DNA of 64,000 nucleotides, taken from NCBI RefSeq assembly GCF_964194155.1, contig NC_135907.1, positions 21,142,001 to 21,206,000 of the forward strand, given 5' to 3'. The first letter of the stretch is position 1; every line of letters starts with the position of its first letter. This DNA is from Cetorhinus maximus (lineage: Eukaryota). The notes below the pieces were generated by a model. It was not told the DNA's origin. It made no database searches and saw only the letters and a program-made list of their open reading frames with translations. The position numbers and the translations under genes are program-made. This document shows, one piece after another, positions 26,907 through 43,352 of the stretch.

Positions 26907-27979
26907 CTTCAATTCTACTGGTAACAAAGACCAAATCCAAACAACAATATGACCTTGTCCTGCACAAACTCTTGTATTTATACTCCTGGGACATCCTGCA
27001 TTCAAACAGGGAATGACATCACCAATGATGATTGACAATCTCTGTTAGACAATCAGGAATCACCCATGAATCCTGACACCAATAAGAGAGAAGGGGTGGT
27101 GTGTGGTTCCCAGAGCCAATCAGAACTTTGGGGTGCACACAGATTTGGATGATTTTTCTGTGATTGCAACGTAGGAAGAGGCCATTGAGCCCCACAGTCT
27201 TTCACCATTCAATTATATCTTGGCTGGTCAGAACTTTAAAGCCATTTGTTCACCTTGGCTCCATATGCCTTCATATACTCAAAAGGACTGCAAGACTATT
27301 CTGTACAAACTGTCCTCCTAATTTCACCCCATTAGCCCTGGTATCATTCTGGTGAATCTGTGCAGCACTCCCTCCAAAGCCAATATATCAGAACTGAAAC
27401 AGTGTTCCAGATGTTCCTTCACTCACACTTTATACAACTGTAGAAAACATCCACCTCTTTATATTCCAAGCCCCTTGAGATGAAGACTAATGTCTTATTT
27501 CCATTACAATTTAGTTTTGTTATGGTCCACTAGATTTTAGGAATTGCTGTAGATTGATCCTTAATCTCTCTGCTCCTCATTCCTACATGGACCCCAACTC
27601 TTTCTCCACAGTTCCCATCTCCTCGCCATTTATTAAAAAATCTGATTTATCTTTCTGGATTCAAAGTGGATGACCTCACAGTGAACACTCTCTGCCACAG
27701 TTTTTCTCACTCGCTTTATCAATGTCCTCTGCAACCTCCCTCTCCCATCTACACTATTTACTGTGCCACCTAACTTGATGTCATCAGAAAACTGGAGTAT
27801 ATGGCTCTCTATCCCTTTCCCATTTATAAAGATAAAGACACGGAGGCCTCTGCACAGATCCCAGGGGAGATAACTAGTCCTATCCTGCCAATTTGAGTGC
27901 ACACCCATTATGCCTACTCTCTTCTTCCTATATCCTAACTAATTTTTGTGACAGCCTTAATAATCTATGGCATGGAACT

Positions 27980-28504
27980 TTGACCATCTTCACTTGCTCA
28001 TCCAAGTAGTGAGTCTCCAGGAAGTCACAAAGCTGAAAACAAGACAATAGGAGAGAAATTAAAGATATGAGAGGATCTTTCCTGGATGAAAATTCTTTTT
28101 GCATTGGGATGATAGAAAAAGTACTGCACATGGGTGATGCGGGCAACTCTGGCTAAAGTGTGCGCAAACAGCAAGGTCACAATTCCATTACACTGGGAGT
28201 GTCCCTCAAGGAACATGGAGGTCTCAATCCAAATGCTCTGGGAGCTGCTTTTGGTCGACCTGGATCACAAAGTTTCTATTTTAAAAAGATGCTATCTACA
28301 GTCTGCAAATGTGATACATATATGCAGTTCTAGAGTGAAGGGCAGATTCCAATATCAGCTGGAACATCAGGAACTAACATGAGGGTCAGTGTTCCCAGAG
28401 GAGAGCTTGTGCAGATCCAGCAGACTCTGCTTCACATTCTTCTCCAACTACAGAGCTCTCTGCATTGCCTCCAGACCATTGCTCCACTCATCCTGCTCTG
28501 GTTT
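27980..28504 (-). pseudogene. Ferritin fragment F6 (exon 3 plus 5' part of exon 4)
   Basis: Exon 3 28379-28504 has TAG at 28448-28450. Exon 4 starts at 28032 and fuses to spacer sequence near 27980. No exon 2 found. Confidence 0.85.
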
Positions 28505-30254
28505 CTGAAAAGGGGAAAAGGCAGACAGTTCATTTACAATTGAAATCAAGCTAGTCTGGTTCATTTAAAGATGCAAATATTCCCTTTACACCTATGTTTA
28601 CCTACTTAACATTTCAAACCGATCTTATCTTCTGTTACATCAATGCCTCCAGACCAGCTGCCTTTAACTCAATTAAATCACACACAGACCTTGACCCTAC
28701 TATTACTCTACAATAAATTCCAACAACATGAAAAGTATTATATCTTCATGACAGTGGGTGGGGTCCAAAGCACATCAATAGAAATTTCCACAATGTTGAT
28801 CGCAAAGGAATGAGAGAGGTTAAGTTACATCAGACATTTGATAAAACCAACCAAACAGGAAAACAGAATGTGCATCAGTGCAGAGTTTCCAACTGAACTC
28901 TTCACTAAACTGCGATTTGGAGTTTTAACCCCATCAAACTTGAGCTGCAAAATCCTGTGTTTTGCCCCTTCCACAAGTCTCAAGTTTAAGACTGTAGCAT
29001 GAGGAAAGATTTTATACCCACAATGTAGTGTGTTTGGCTACTTGCCCCAAGTATTTCTGCATTTGCTCACCCAAGATTCTAAGTACATCTCTTGGAGAAG
29101 AGAGGTGCAGGCAGCAGCTGAACAAATGCCCACCTGCCTGAACATGGTCAATCTTTATATGTTTACAGCAACCCGACCTCCCAACCCCCACCAAAAAAAA
29201 CCAGTGAGTGGTTTGTGACAGTCTAGTATAAAATACCTCAAATCCCACATGTCTTGCAAAATGCAAATCTGAAGCAGAGGCTCTCCAGACTGAGGAGATA
29301 ATAAAAACAAGTGAATGCACTAATTGTGTCCTTTCCCAGTTTCACCTGCAGCTACTAGAAAGCCCCTTTGCAGCAGGAATTGAGAGAATACAGTTGCAGA
29401 AATTGCAGACTTCAGAAATTCCCTGCAAGCTTTTTAGTGATGAGCAGAAGTCAGTAAACTAGCCTGGGCAGGCATTGGATCAAATCTAGGAAGTTGGACA
29501 GATTATATTAACATTTTAAATAAAATCACATTTTTTCCAGCTAAGAATCTTTGTGAACTGAGGTTGACAGTAGTATAGTAGTAATTCCTCAGGACCAGGC
29601 TAATGTTCTAGGACATGGGTTCAAATTCCATAATGGCAGCTGGTGAAATTTAAGAGAAATCTAGAATTGAGAAGCTAGTCCTTGGTAACAATGACCATGT
29701 ATTGTTGTTAAAACTCATCTGACTCATTCATGTTCTTTAGGGAAGGAACACCCATGCTTAATGCAATTGCAGGACATCCTCATCCCTTTCCAAGCATTTT
29801 TTTTCAAACTTTTAAAATCAAAGAGAAATCTTTCAAATTCAGTCTAATACAACAATTCAGTCTCAAAAGAAAGCCCAGTGCAACAGGATTTACTTATTTA
29901 GAATGGGGAAGGAGAAAAGCACTCATCTTAAATAGTCAATTTTGCACTAGCTAGTCATCTGATTAAGTTTGATTGTTATTATTGACCAGATTCATTCACC
30001 TTCAAGATAAATCCTCTATTGGAAGCTTCATGGAGTCCTGGAGCTAGTTTCAAACAAACAGTTTAGAACTGGGTGAAGTTATTATAGAGCAGGAGACAGT
30101 CTGTTAACAAGACCTTCAACAAAAGTCTCACTCCATAACATTCACTGGGAACATTCTAAGCCCAATTCATTGACCTAGATAAATCCCACATGCCCAGAAT
30201 ACAATCAAATCACTCTTAATTGGAAAATCATACCCCCAAAAATACAACACTCAC

Positions 30255-30356
30255 CATGGAGAGGTAAACATAGGAGCAATAGAGCTTCACATTGATCTGC
30301 TTGTTAACAGCATCCTCACAGTCCTTGTGGTAGTTCTGACACACTTGGGATGTCAT
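30255..30356 (-). pseudogene. Ferritin fragment F7 (orphan exon 1)
   Basis: [34 protein letters not shown], with ferroxidase Glu27 (human numbering) changed to Lys. Intron 1 fuses to spacer/SINE near 29750. TATA at 30425-30432. Confidence 0.8.
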
Positions 30357-32938
30357 CTTCAATTCTACTGGTAACAAGGGCCAAGTTCAAATAACAATAT
30401 GACCTTATCCTGCACAAACTCTTGTATTTATACTCCTGGGACATCCTGCATTCAAACAGGGAATGACATCACCAATGATGATTGACAATCTCTGTTAGAC
30501 AATCAGGAATCACCCATGAATCCTGACACCAATAAGAGAGAAGGGGTGGTGTGTGGTTCCCAGAGCCAATCAGAACTTTGGGGTGCACACAGATTTGGAT
30601 GATTTTTCTGTGATTGCAACGTAGGAAGAGGCCATTGAGCCCCACAGTCTTTCACCATTCAATTATATCTTGGCTGGTCAGAACTTTAAAGCCATTTGTT
30701 CACCTTGGCTCCATATGCCTTCATATACTCAAAAGGACTGCAAGACTATTCTGTACAAACTGTCCTCCTAATTTCACCCCATTAGCCCTGGTATCATTCT
30801 GGTGAATCTGTGCAGCACTCCCTCCAAAGCCAATATATCAGAACTGAAACAGTGTTCCAGATGTTCCTTCACTCACACTTTATACAACTGTAGAAAACAT
30901 CCACCTCTTTATATTCCAAGCCCCTTGAGATGAAGACTAATGTCTTATTTCCATTACAATTTAGTTTTGTTATGGTCCACTAGATTTTAGGAATTGCTGT
31001 AGATTGATCCTTAATCTCTCTGCTCCTCATTCCTACATGGACCCCAACTCTTTCTCCACAGTTCCCATCTCCTCGCCATTTATTAAAAATTCTGATTTAT
31101 CTTTCTGGATTCAAAGTGGATGACCTCACATTGAACACTCTCTGCCACAGTTTTTCTCACTCGCTTTATCAATGTCCTCTGCAACCTCCCTCTCCCATCT
31201 ACACTATTTACTGTGCCACCTAACTTGTGATCAGGAAACTTGAATATATGGCTCCCTGTTCATTTCTCTATGCCATTTATAAAGATAACAAGACACGGAG
31301 GCCTCTGCACAGATCCCAGGGGAGATAACTAGTCCCATCCTGCCAATTTGAGTGCACACCCATTATGCCTACTCTCTTCTTCCTATATCCTAACTAATTT
31401 CCAGCAATGTCTGAAGGTTGCATCCAATTGCAACGGTCTTAACAATCTATGGCATGAAACTTTGTCAGTGATGTAATTGTGGTTGGTTTCTTTGACTTTC
31501 CTCAAGCTGAATCTGATAGTGTCTTCTCAGAATCAGAGCTTCACAATATATCTCAGATTGATGAGTTTGCAAATGGGAATTCCACCCTGTAGAGTGTTGA
31601 ACACAATTGGATCCATGTTAACCAGCTCATTGAAGAACCTCTTGCAGGGTGGGGGTCCAAAACATGCCTACGATATGAATATTCACAACACTGACCCCAG
31701 CGGATTGGAAGAGACTGACTTTGTATCAGAGTCTGCAGTAAATATGAAAAATACCAACCAATGAATTGGGCAACAGAATGTGCATCAGTACAGTTTCAAA
31801 CTGAACTCCTCACTAAATTGATGTGGAATGTTAATCCCATCAAATTTGTGCTACCAAATCCAGAATTCTTCCCCTACTGCAAATGTCAAGTTTGAGAATG
31901 GGTTGAAGGGGAAAGATTTTATACCTGGAATGTAGGAATGTTTTGGCTACCTGCCCCAAATATTTGTGTTTATTCAAAGACTGAAAAGTACATCCCTCGG
32001 AGAGAGGTGCAGGCAGCAGTTGCACAAATGTCCACCTGCGAAAAAGTTAAGTGGTCAATCTTTTTAACATATATTAAAAAAACCACTTGTTACAGTCTAA
32101 GATAAAAACCCTCAATTGTACATGCCTTCCCTCCTAACCTTTGCCAAATCTGAAGCAGATACTCTCCAGCCTAAAAGCAAATGCACTAATTTGGCATCCT
32201 TTCCCAATTTCTAACGTTCCATAGCTTCCTGACATTCCACCTGTAGATACTAGAAGTCCCCTTTACACCAGGATTGGGGCAGTTATAGTTCCAGAAATTG
32301 CATATTTCTGAAATTCCCTACAAGCTTCTAAATGATGAAGAGGAGAGGTCATCAAGTTACCCTGGGCAGGCACGGAAAAGGAAGTTGGTCAGGGAAGAAC
32401 TGAAGACATGTTAGAAGTTTTGAATGAAACTGCATTTTCTACAGCTAGGGAATCAGAACTTGGGTTGACAGTGGTGCAGCAGTAATCTCACAGGACTAAT
32501 AACCCAGAGGCCCAGGCTAATGCTCTGGGGACATGGGCTCAAATCCCACCACAGTAGCTGGAGGGATTACAACTCAAATAATAAATCAAAAATCTAGTCT
32601 CAATAATGCTGGCCATGTATTGTTGTTAAAAACTTAATTGGCTGATGCATGTATTTTAGGGAAGGAAATCAGCCACCCTCACCCAGTCTGACCTACATCT
32701 GTCTCCCGGCCCACAGCAATGTGGTTGACTCAAGCACCCTCTGAAATGGCCTAGCAAGACCCTCAGTTCAAAGGGCAGTTAGAGATGGGCCAGTAACACC
32801 CACACCCCATAAAAGAAAAAAGAAAATGGAGATACACTTCCATGATGAATACTGTACTTTATTTCCATACACATAACAGAAAGCAGAATTGGATTACATT
32901 TCAACACCACGTTTAGAATAATGATTCCAAAAACCCAG

Positions 32939-34594
<1,656 letters not shown>

Positions 34595-35199
34595 CTTCTA
34601 TTCTACTGGTAACAAGAACCAAGTTCAAACAACAACACTGTAACCTAGCCCTGCACAAACTCTTGTATTTATACTCCTGGGACATCCTGCACTCAAACAG
34701 GGAATGACATCATCAATGATGATTGACCACCTTTGATAGCCAATCAGCAATCTCCCATGAATCCTGACACCAATAATGGAGAAGGGGTGGGGTGTAGTTC
34801 CCAGAGCCAATCAGAACTTTGGGGTATAGGCAGATTTGGATGATTTTTCTGTGATTGCAACGTAGGAAGAGGCCATTGAGCCCCACAGTCTGTTCATTCC
34901 ATTATATCCTGGCTGGTCTGAACTTTAAAGCCATTTTTCACCTTGGCTCCATATGCCTTCATATACTCAAAGGACTGCAGCCAGAATTACCCACAAGTAG
35001 TGAACCACAATTCCATTAAATAGCGAAAGAAACCTTGAGGTCACGGAATAAAAAAAGCTCTGGGAACTGGTTAGTGATCCAAGTCTACAGTGTAGATATC
35101 CTCTGATTAAGTCAAAGCAGTCGGAAAAGTGAGAAACATATGAAATTCTACCAAAGTGAAGGGCAGGTTCCAATATCAGCCTCAACATCAGGACCTTAC

Positions 35200-36843
35200 A
35201 TGAGGGTCAGTGTTCCCAGAGGAGAGCTTGTGCAGATCCAGCAGACTCTGGTTCACATTCTTCTCCATCTGCAGAGCTCTCTGCATTGCCTCCAGACCAT
35301 CACTCCACTCATCCTGCTCTGGTTTATGAAAGGGGAAAGAAGTCTTGTTAGTGACATTGGGAGCAGAAATTCCAAGGGATGTTACAATTTAGAAATAACA
35401 GAAGTTAGTCTGTGCACATGAAGAATAGCATATTGGGGTTTACTCAGATGACAGTGGAGACCATTACTGGACATAAGATTGGAGGGCAGTCAGTGACCCA
35501 ATTTACTAGTCCCTGTTTAAAATCCTCAATGGACTTCACCCATCCATGTTTACAGCTTTGGCCCACATTTCACACCAGTCTCCTGCGCAGGCACCAAAGT
35601 CAGAAGTAATAGTTCAGAGTGCAGAAAATCATTCCATCCAAATATTCAGATTTATTGATCCTCCTCTATCCATTAGATCAGGTAATCCAAAAATCAATTT
35701 ATGCTATACCAGCTCACTTGGCCCCCAACACCAGCAATTTGTCATTAAACTCAATGGATTAAGAACTTAAGGGTGTAATGGCAAGATAAAAGATTCCTTT
35801 AAATAATTCAATTAATCTAAATTGCACATAAAACATTCAAGTTAAAACCCAACCTGGACATCCTCCAGGATGATCCAGCCTCCACGTTTATTCTGGAATT
35901 TCATCAGTTTCTCAGCGTGTTCCCGTTCCTCATGTGACTGCTCCTTGAAGAACTCAGCAAAGTGACGCAGGGCAACATCATCCCGGTTAAAGTAAAAGGA
36001 CTGGAGGGAGAGACAAAGAATGTAAGATTCAGAACAGACTCCATATCTCACCCATAGAGAACTTAAAAATGGAAGCTTCAGGTGGATAAGTTACCCTTTC
36101 TCCACTTCAATACTTGGCTTTTAATTAACAAGCTTACAAATTTAAGTATATCACCTCAATTAATGTTTCTCAATATATTGAAAGTTCTTGTGTCTAGTTC
36201 AGCAGAATGAGTTTATATTAGTACTGTATTTAAGTTGCATTTGTGCATCAACTTAAAATGACATATGCTTTTTCTTCTTCCATAGGCATCTAATGTCAGT
36301 GGTGGAAAAAAAAACCCTTCAAATTCAGTAGTTGAAGATTTTGAATCATTGCTTCATATTAAGGATCCAGTCAGAGGTGAGAAAGAGTTCAGCACAACAG
36401 GATCCACTCATTTAGAAATGGTTGACTACAACCAGTCAGGTAATATTTCACTATCTAGTCATCCAGTTACATTTAATTGCTTCCATCCAGGTTCACATCT
36501 TCATGAGTCTTCTATTAGAAACTTCATGGGATCCTCACACTTCGGGAATAGGACAATTAATTACAGAACCCAATCCTGTCTTTAGGGATAATGTTTGTTA
36601 TTCTTTCTCAGGGGTGGGCTGTGGAGCCACAGCATTAAATTCTAAAGCCAACTCATGGACAAAGAAATTCTACCAGCTCAGAATGCAATGAAGTCATAGT
36701 CTTAATTTTAAAATAGGAACCAAACATGACAAATCTCACCATGGAGAGAGATAAACATAGGAGGAATAGAGCTCCAGGTTAATCTGCTTGTTAACAGCAT
36801 CCTCACAGTCCTTGTGGTAGTTCTGATGCACTTGGGAAGCCAT
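35200..36843 (-). pseudogene. Ferritin pseudogene F9 (exons 1-3, no exon 4)
   Basis: Exon 1 36740-36843 has a +2 insertion. Exon 2 35854-36000 is intact. Exon 3 35200-35325 has its acceptor changed from AG to AT. TATA at 36905-36912. Confidence 0.9.
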
Positions 36844-39510
36844 CTGCAATAATACTGTTACCTTAAAAAGTTCTAGAACTAACTCTTGCTAACGCAAGCT
36901 CTTGTATTTATACCACTGGGACATCCTGCATTCAAACAGGGAATGACATCACCAATGATGATTGACAATTCCCAATAGCCAGTCAGGAATCTACCATGAA
37001 TCCAGGCACCAACTAGTGAGTGGAATGGAGGGGCGTGGGAATGTGGCTGGTGGTAGGGTGTGATCCCCAGAGCCAATCAGAGCTGTGCAATACAGGTAGT
37101 TTTGCATAATTTTTCTGTGATTGCAACATTGGAACTGGAGGAGACCATTTAGCCTATCAAATCAATTAATCATCTTTAACACCTCAATTATAATCCCTTA
37201 TTTTATTCTATTTTCTAGAGAATGCAAGATGCTTCTGTGCAAACTTTCTCATACGAACATACGAATTAGGAGCAGGAGTAGGCCACTCGGCCCCTCGAGC
37301 CTGCTCTGCCATTCGATAAGATCATGGCTGATCTGATTGTAACCTCAACCCCACATTCCCGCCTACCCTCGAAACCCTTTCACCCCCTTGTTTATCAAGA
37401 TTCTAACTACCTCGGCCTTAACAATATTCAAATAGTTTAACCCCTTTAGTCCTGGCATCATTCTGGTGATTCTGTGCTGCACTCCCTCCCTCCCGGGCAG
37501 ATATATTGGAACTGAAGAGTGTTCCAGAAGTGCTGAGACTCAGATTCTGTGCAACTGTAGCAGAACCTCCAGCCCTTTGTATTCCAGCCCCATTGAGATG
37601 AAGATTCTATTGGCCTTTTCAATTCATTTTTGTTTGTTTAATAGCTTTTGTAATTTCTGTACATGGATTTTAAATATCTCCGCGCTTTGGTCCTAGCTCC
37701 CAAACATTTAGAAAAAAACCCTCTGATTTATGTTTGCTGGTCCAAAGTGGATGGCCTTGCTCTTCTTCACATGGAACTCTCTCTGCCACAGTTTTGTTCA
37801 CTCACTTTATCGATGTCCATTTGCTCTTTATGCTCCCATCTACACTATTCACTGTGCCACCCAAATGAGCATCATCAGGGAGCTTGAATATGCATCTGTT
37901 TTTCTTTCTATTTACAAATACCATAGATGAAAGAATAGAGGCCTCTGTACAGATCCCTGGGGGAAGATGGCTAGTCACAGTCAATTGGAGTACACACCCA
38001 TTATCCCTATTCTATCTCCTGCATTCTAACCAATTCCCCAACCATGTCAAAAGGGTTCCTCCAATTCCTTGCGCTTCCATTTTTCCTAATTTTTTTAATG
38101 GATTCTTGTCAGTGAAACAATTGGTTTCCTTAAACTGATATTGATTTTCTGAATCAGAGCTTCACACTATATCTCAGGTTGTTGAGTGTGCAAATGGAAA
38201 TTCTACCCTGTAGATGGTGTTAATCACAATGTTAAAACATCTCTTGGGGAATTAATGTGCCTTGTCTGATCCAGAGCAAGTCTGCAATACCAATGTTGAT
38301 TGCAATAGTTAAGAGATGGACCAGCACCACCAAGTTAGCAGTGACTTTGCAAGGCAACTAGACAAGCTGTGGAAACGGAGTGGGGAAGTATCAAGCAGAA
38401 CTTCATGCTCAAGGAGAAGTTTGGTGCAGAGTTCTTTCTGTCAAATTTAAGACCTGTGGAGTCTCATGTTTTACCCCTCCTGCAAATCTATCGTGACTTG
38501 AGGAAAGATTGTATACCTGAAGTCGAAAGTATCTTATGTTTTGGTCACCTGACTTGAGAATTTCCATATTTACTCATGGAAGACATCAGCAAGTACAGCC
38601 CTTGGAGAATATGGGTAAGAGTTGAACAACTGACAAAAAGGTAAGTTAAAGGTGATCTATGCTGTGCACAGACCAAAAAAAAAACCCACATGCTCATTTG
38701 GCAATTTTGTGCCCGATTAGGTGTAGGTCATTCAGTCCCTCAACTCTGCTTCCCCCATTCAATGAGATCATGGCTGATCTGACCTTAGCTGCAACTCAGC
38801 TTTCCTTCCTGACCCTTATAACCATCAACTCCTTGTAGATTAAAAAAAAAATACAGCCTTGAATATATTCCAAGGAACAAACCACCACTGCTCAATTTTG
38901 TGGGGGTTGGTGTGGGAGGGAGAATTTCAAAGATTCACAACCCACTGGAGAGAAGAATTTCCACCTCATCTGTCTTAAATGGGAGGGAGACCCTTTATTT
39001 TGAAACTGTGCCCTTAGACTCCTGCATGAGGGGGAAATAGGGCTTTGACTTGGAATACTGTGTATTACATTGTACTCATCTTCCCTGACAAGTGAATCGG
39101 GTGTTTTCTAGCACTGTCCTTACCTCATTTCATAGCTTTATGACAAGACCTGCAGTTGCTAGAGACCGCTTAACAGGAATGGAGGTTACAGTCGTAGGAG
39201 ATTTCAGAAATCCCCCACCAGCTTCTCAGTGAAGTGGGAGATGTAAGTGATCCAACCTTGGGAAGCATTGAATCAATTCTGGGAAGTTAAACTTTCCCCT
39301 CACCCACCAGCCTTAGGCATGTTAAAGATTTAATGAAATCACATTATATACAGGTACTGAACTGATACAAAAGAAATTCTCTTCCATGAATATTTTATTT
39401 CCATACAAGTGAAAATTGGGAACTAACAAGAAAACATTCCAAGAATTGGGATACATTTCACTTCCATCATCTATGGAAATAGAACAACGTGAATGCATCT
39501 AGATGCATTG

Positions 39511-39714
<204 letters not shown>

Positions 39715-40405
39715 TTACCCACAAGTGGCAAGTCATCAATTCCATTAAACTGGGAGTGAGGAGTAAGTAACTCAAGGAATATTTGGATGTCAATGTCCTG
39801 GGAACAGTTTAGTGATTCAGGTCTCCAGTACAAGTGGCCTTTGTTTAAAAAAAAACAAATCCACAAGTGTGAAACACAAACCTTTGGAATTCTGCCAGTG
39901 AATTAGAGATACCAACATCAGCTTTAACACCATTGGGTGAAGTGTGACAATAGATGTTATTTTAAGATGAGAATATGGTGGTATTCTGTAAAGGCACATG
40001 TGTCCATGATTAAACTGGAGAAGGTTAGTGTCTGTGGGAATTGAGATAAAAGGTAAAGGTGCTAGATTCATGCCTTTGTAGCGAGGCTCTGGTGAAGAGT
40101 GGATTTACAAATAGATTGTGTTTTTAAAATTTGCATTAGGTGATAATTAGGGACTTGAAATTCAACAGCTGAAAAGTCAAAGGAGAGAGAGAACACAAGT
40201 TGTAAAAAACCCTCATCAAAGATTTAGTAAGTAAACAAGGGAAGGCAAGTCAAACAAAAAATTTAGAGGCAATAGGAAAACTGAAAGATTTCTATATTTG
40301 GAAAAGTCAAGTTCAAAGTGTTTGAGAACAATGGAGGAGACCAAGATGAAAGGGAAAAAATTAGTTGTGTTGGCTGTGTGGGGGAGATGTCCCAAGACTA
40401 GCACA

Positions 40406-41231
<826 letters not shown>

Positions 41232-43314
41232 ACTGAATTTACTGTAGGCATCAAGTTTATTGTATTAACATTTGTATAAATGAGACCTTTAAACTAACAA
41301 GTTTGTGATGTTGCGCAAGGAGCTGTTGAGACCTGGACTCCATTAGGAAATGTACTAACTGTCCAGACAATAGGGACTGGGTTGTCTCTTGCCCTCTTTT
41401 TGAATGTTTGCTTTCTGTTGTAATGCTGTCCTTTCAGGTTAATAATTCTTTTTAGCATAGACTAGTTTACCTTGAGTGCAATGATATTGAATTGCATCAT
41501 AGTTTTCCCACTAAATTGGAGTTCTGTACGTTTAACTGCGCCTTTCAATATGTTGCAATGAGATGGGAATGCTCTAATACAAAAGCCTGTGTTGATCTAG
41601 CAACTTTGCCCAACTAAGTTTGACACCTGGGCCACTTCTTTACACCTCAAGAGAGACGTTCAAGGCCACAGTGGTATGTTTTTGACAAGTATCTTGTTTA
41701 GGAGGGAAGCTTCTAGAAACCTGAGCCTAGATCATTGGAGGAGCTACTGCTTTGGGTATGAATATTCTGTCTTTTGCTGAATTTTAAAGTCTTCAAGCTG
41801 ATAAAATATTAACTACTGCAGCACTTGTGAAATGAGAACTATTTTTCAGGGCTTTGGTGTTTCAGAATTTCAGTTGCAGAATCAAATCCATTTTCTATTC
41901 TTTTAGTGACATGATCTCTGTGGAGTTCACTCACTAAACCAAATGCCCTGTGCTGTTCCTTTTAGTGTTCTTGTAAGCAAATAACAGTCATTATGAGCTG
42001 GGTTCTGGGAGTACCCTGACCTCCAGGTACTAAAGAGAATTATAACTGCATCATGAAATGCTGCCATCTTTACTGATCAGCTACTGTCCTTTAAAGGAGG
42101 GGACCAAAGTGGTTCTGAAAATTTGTCATTAACCCCCCAACTGAATCCAAAGTTGAGTGAAATGGAGGGTAAAGGTTGTCAAACTGTAATTGAGCAAAAT
42201 ATAGTCAATTAAAAGCAAATAACTTAATACCAAGGAAGTTAAATGTTTCACTTCACAAACTCTGCTCCATCAATTTATGAAACTCAATACCAGCAGTTCC
42301 TCAATAACTGTCCCTCTTTTACATTTAGAAATAGTAAACATTTCATACCCAATAGGAATCATCCTTTCCAAATCCTACTTGGTCTCCTTTGCCCCTATGA
42401 ATGATTGAAGCTTTATTGCTTATGACTGCATTTATTCAAAGTTTAACAGCCAATTTTAGGAACTTGATTGAGAACTACAGTGAGAACAATGAAGTTAAAG
42501 TCTTCAGTTATTAAAACCGGTCATGTCAATATATTTGCATCTCAAGTTTCCATGAAAATCCACAAATGGCAAAGGATGATTCTCAGCATCATGAGCTTTT
42601 CACACCCATCACCTCCCTGCTCCCTACAGGTTGTGATTCTAAATTCAGAGTTTCCTGTGGAAAGGATCAATCAATATTTCCTCAGAACCAGTAACCACAG
42701 GCCTTCATCAAGGTCTATAGTGGCCATTGAGTGACCATGTGAAGTCCATCAGTTTGGGCAAAGCCCTTTGACTACAGGACATTCATTGCATCTGGGATCC
42801 AGAACAGCTGTAAGTACCTGGATACATTTCTCTGCTCAGGTGAGTCAACTGTGCCCATTAGTGGTATCTCTCCCAAGAGGCTCATGCCTGTCGTGTGACT
42901 GGTGGCTCTAGATATCATTCACTATTGCCTCCATCTAAAATCAGAGTTTAATACAAGGAAACAAATCTCATCACCTAATCCAGGACTGATCCACTTTGTA
43001 ATGAACACAGATGTCAACACATGGGATCTTAGAGAAACAGTAAGGCTATGATCCCAGCTGATGTTACTACTGGAGAAACCTGATCTTAGGGTGGAACCTG
43101 GCTTGATTAGACCCTAATTTTTTTATTTAGCTATGTGGAGTGGCTACTGAACAGCGGCACAGGAGTGAGCTGATGAACTTATAAAAGAATAAAACACTTA
43201 TTAAACAAGATGAATTATATTACAATACCCCTTCACCCACAACTATATCTTTACAGAAACCAGAATAAAAACACCTGGAAAAACTCAGGTCTAACAGCAT
43301 CAGCGGGGAGGAAT

Positions 43315-43352
43315 ACAGTTGACTTTCGAGTCCATATGACTCTTCATCAGAA
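43315..43352 (-). ncRNA. Degenerate minimal hammerhead ribozyme motif at the Penelope terminus
   Basis: Minus strand reads CTGATGA-A-GAGTC-ATATG-GACTC-GAAA-GTC-AACTG; stems I and III are imperfect. Confidence 0.55.

Larger units (their letters stand above)
26455..31460. repeat. Direct segmental duplication: about 26455-27980 and 29825-31460 (offset 3450 over the promoter)
   Basis: Near-identical sequence; ORFs 27164-27355 and 30614-30805 translate identically. Confidence 0.9.

Noticed and set aside
27980-30356. F6 and F7 as one gene skipping exon 2
   Set aside because: The intervening DNA resembles intergenic spacer, exon 3 has a stop and exon 4 is truncated; these are two separate remnants.
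34623-34645. CAGTGT in the F8 5' region as an IRE loop
   Set aside because: Flanks (GGUUA/UGUUG) do not form a 5-bp stem, there is no bulged C, and it lies about 30 nt from the TATA box where an initiator is expected. It is not shared by paralogues.
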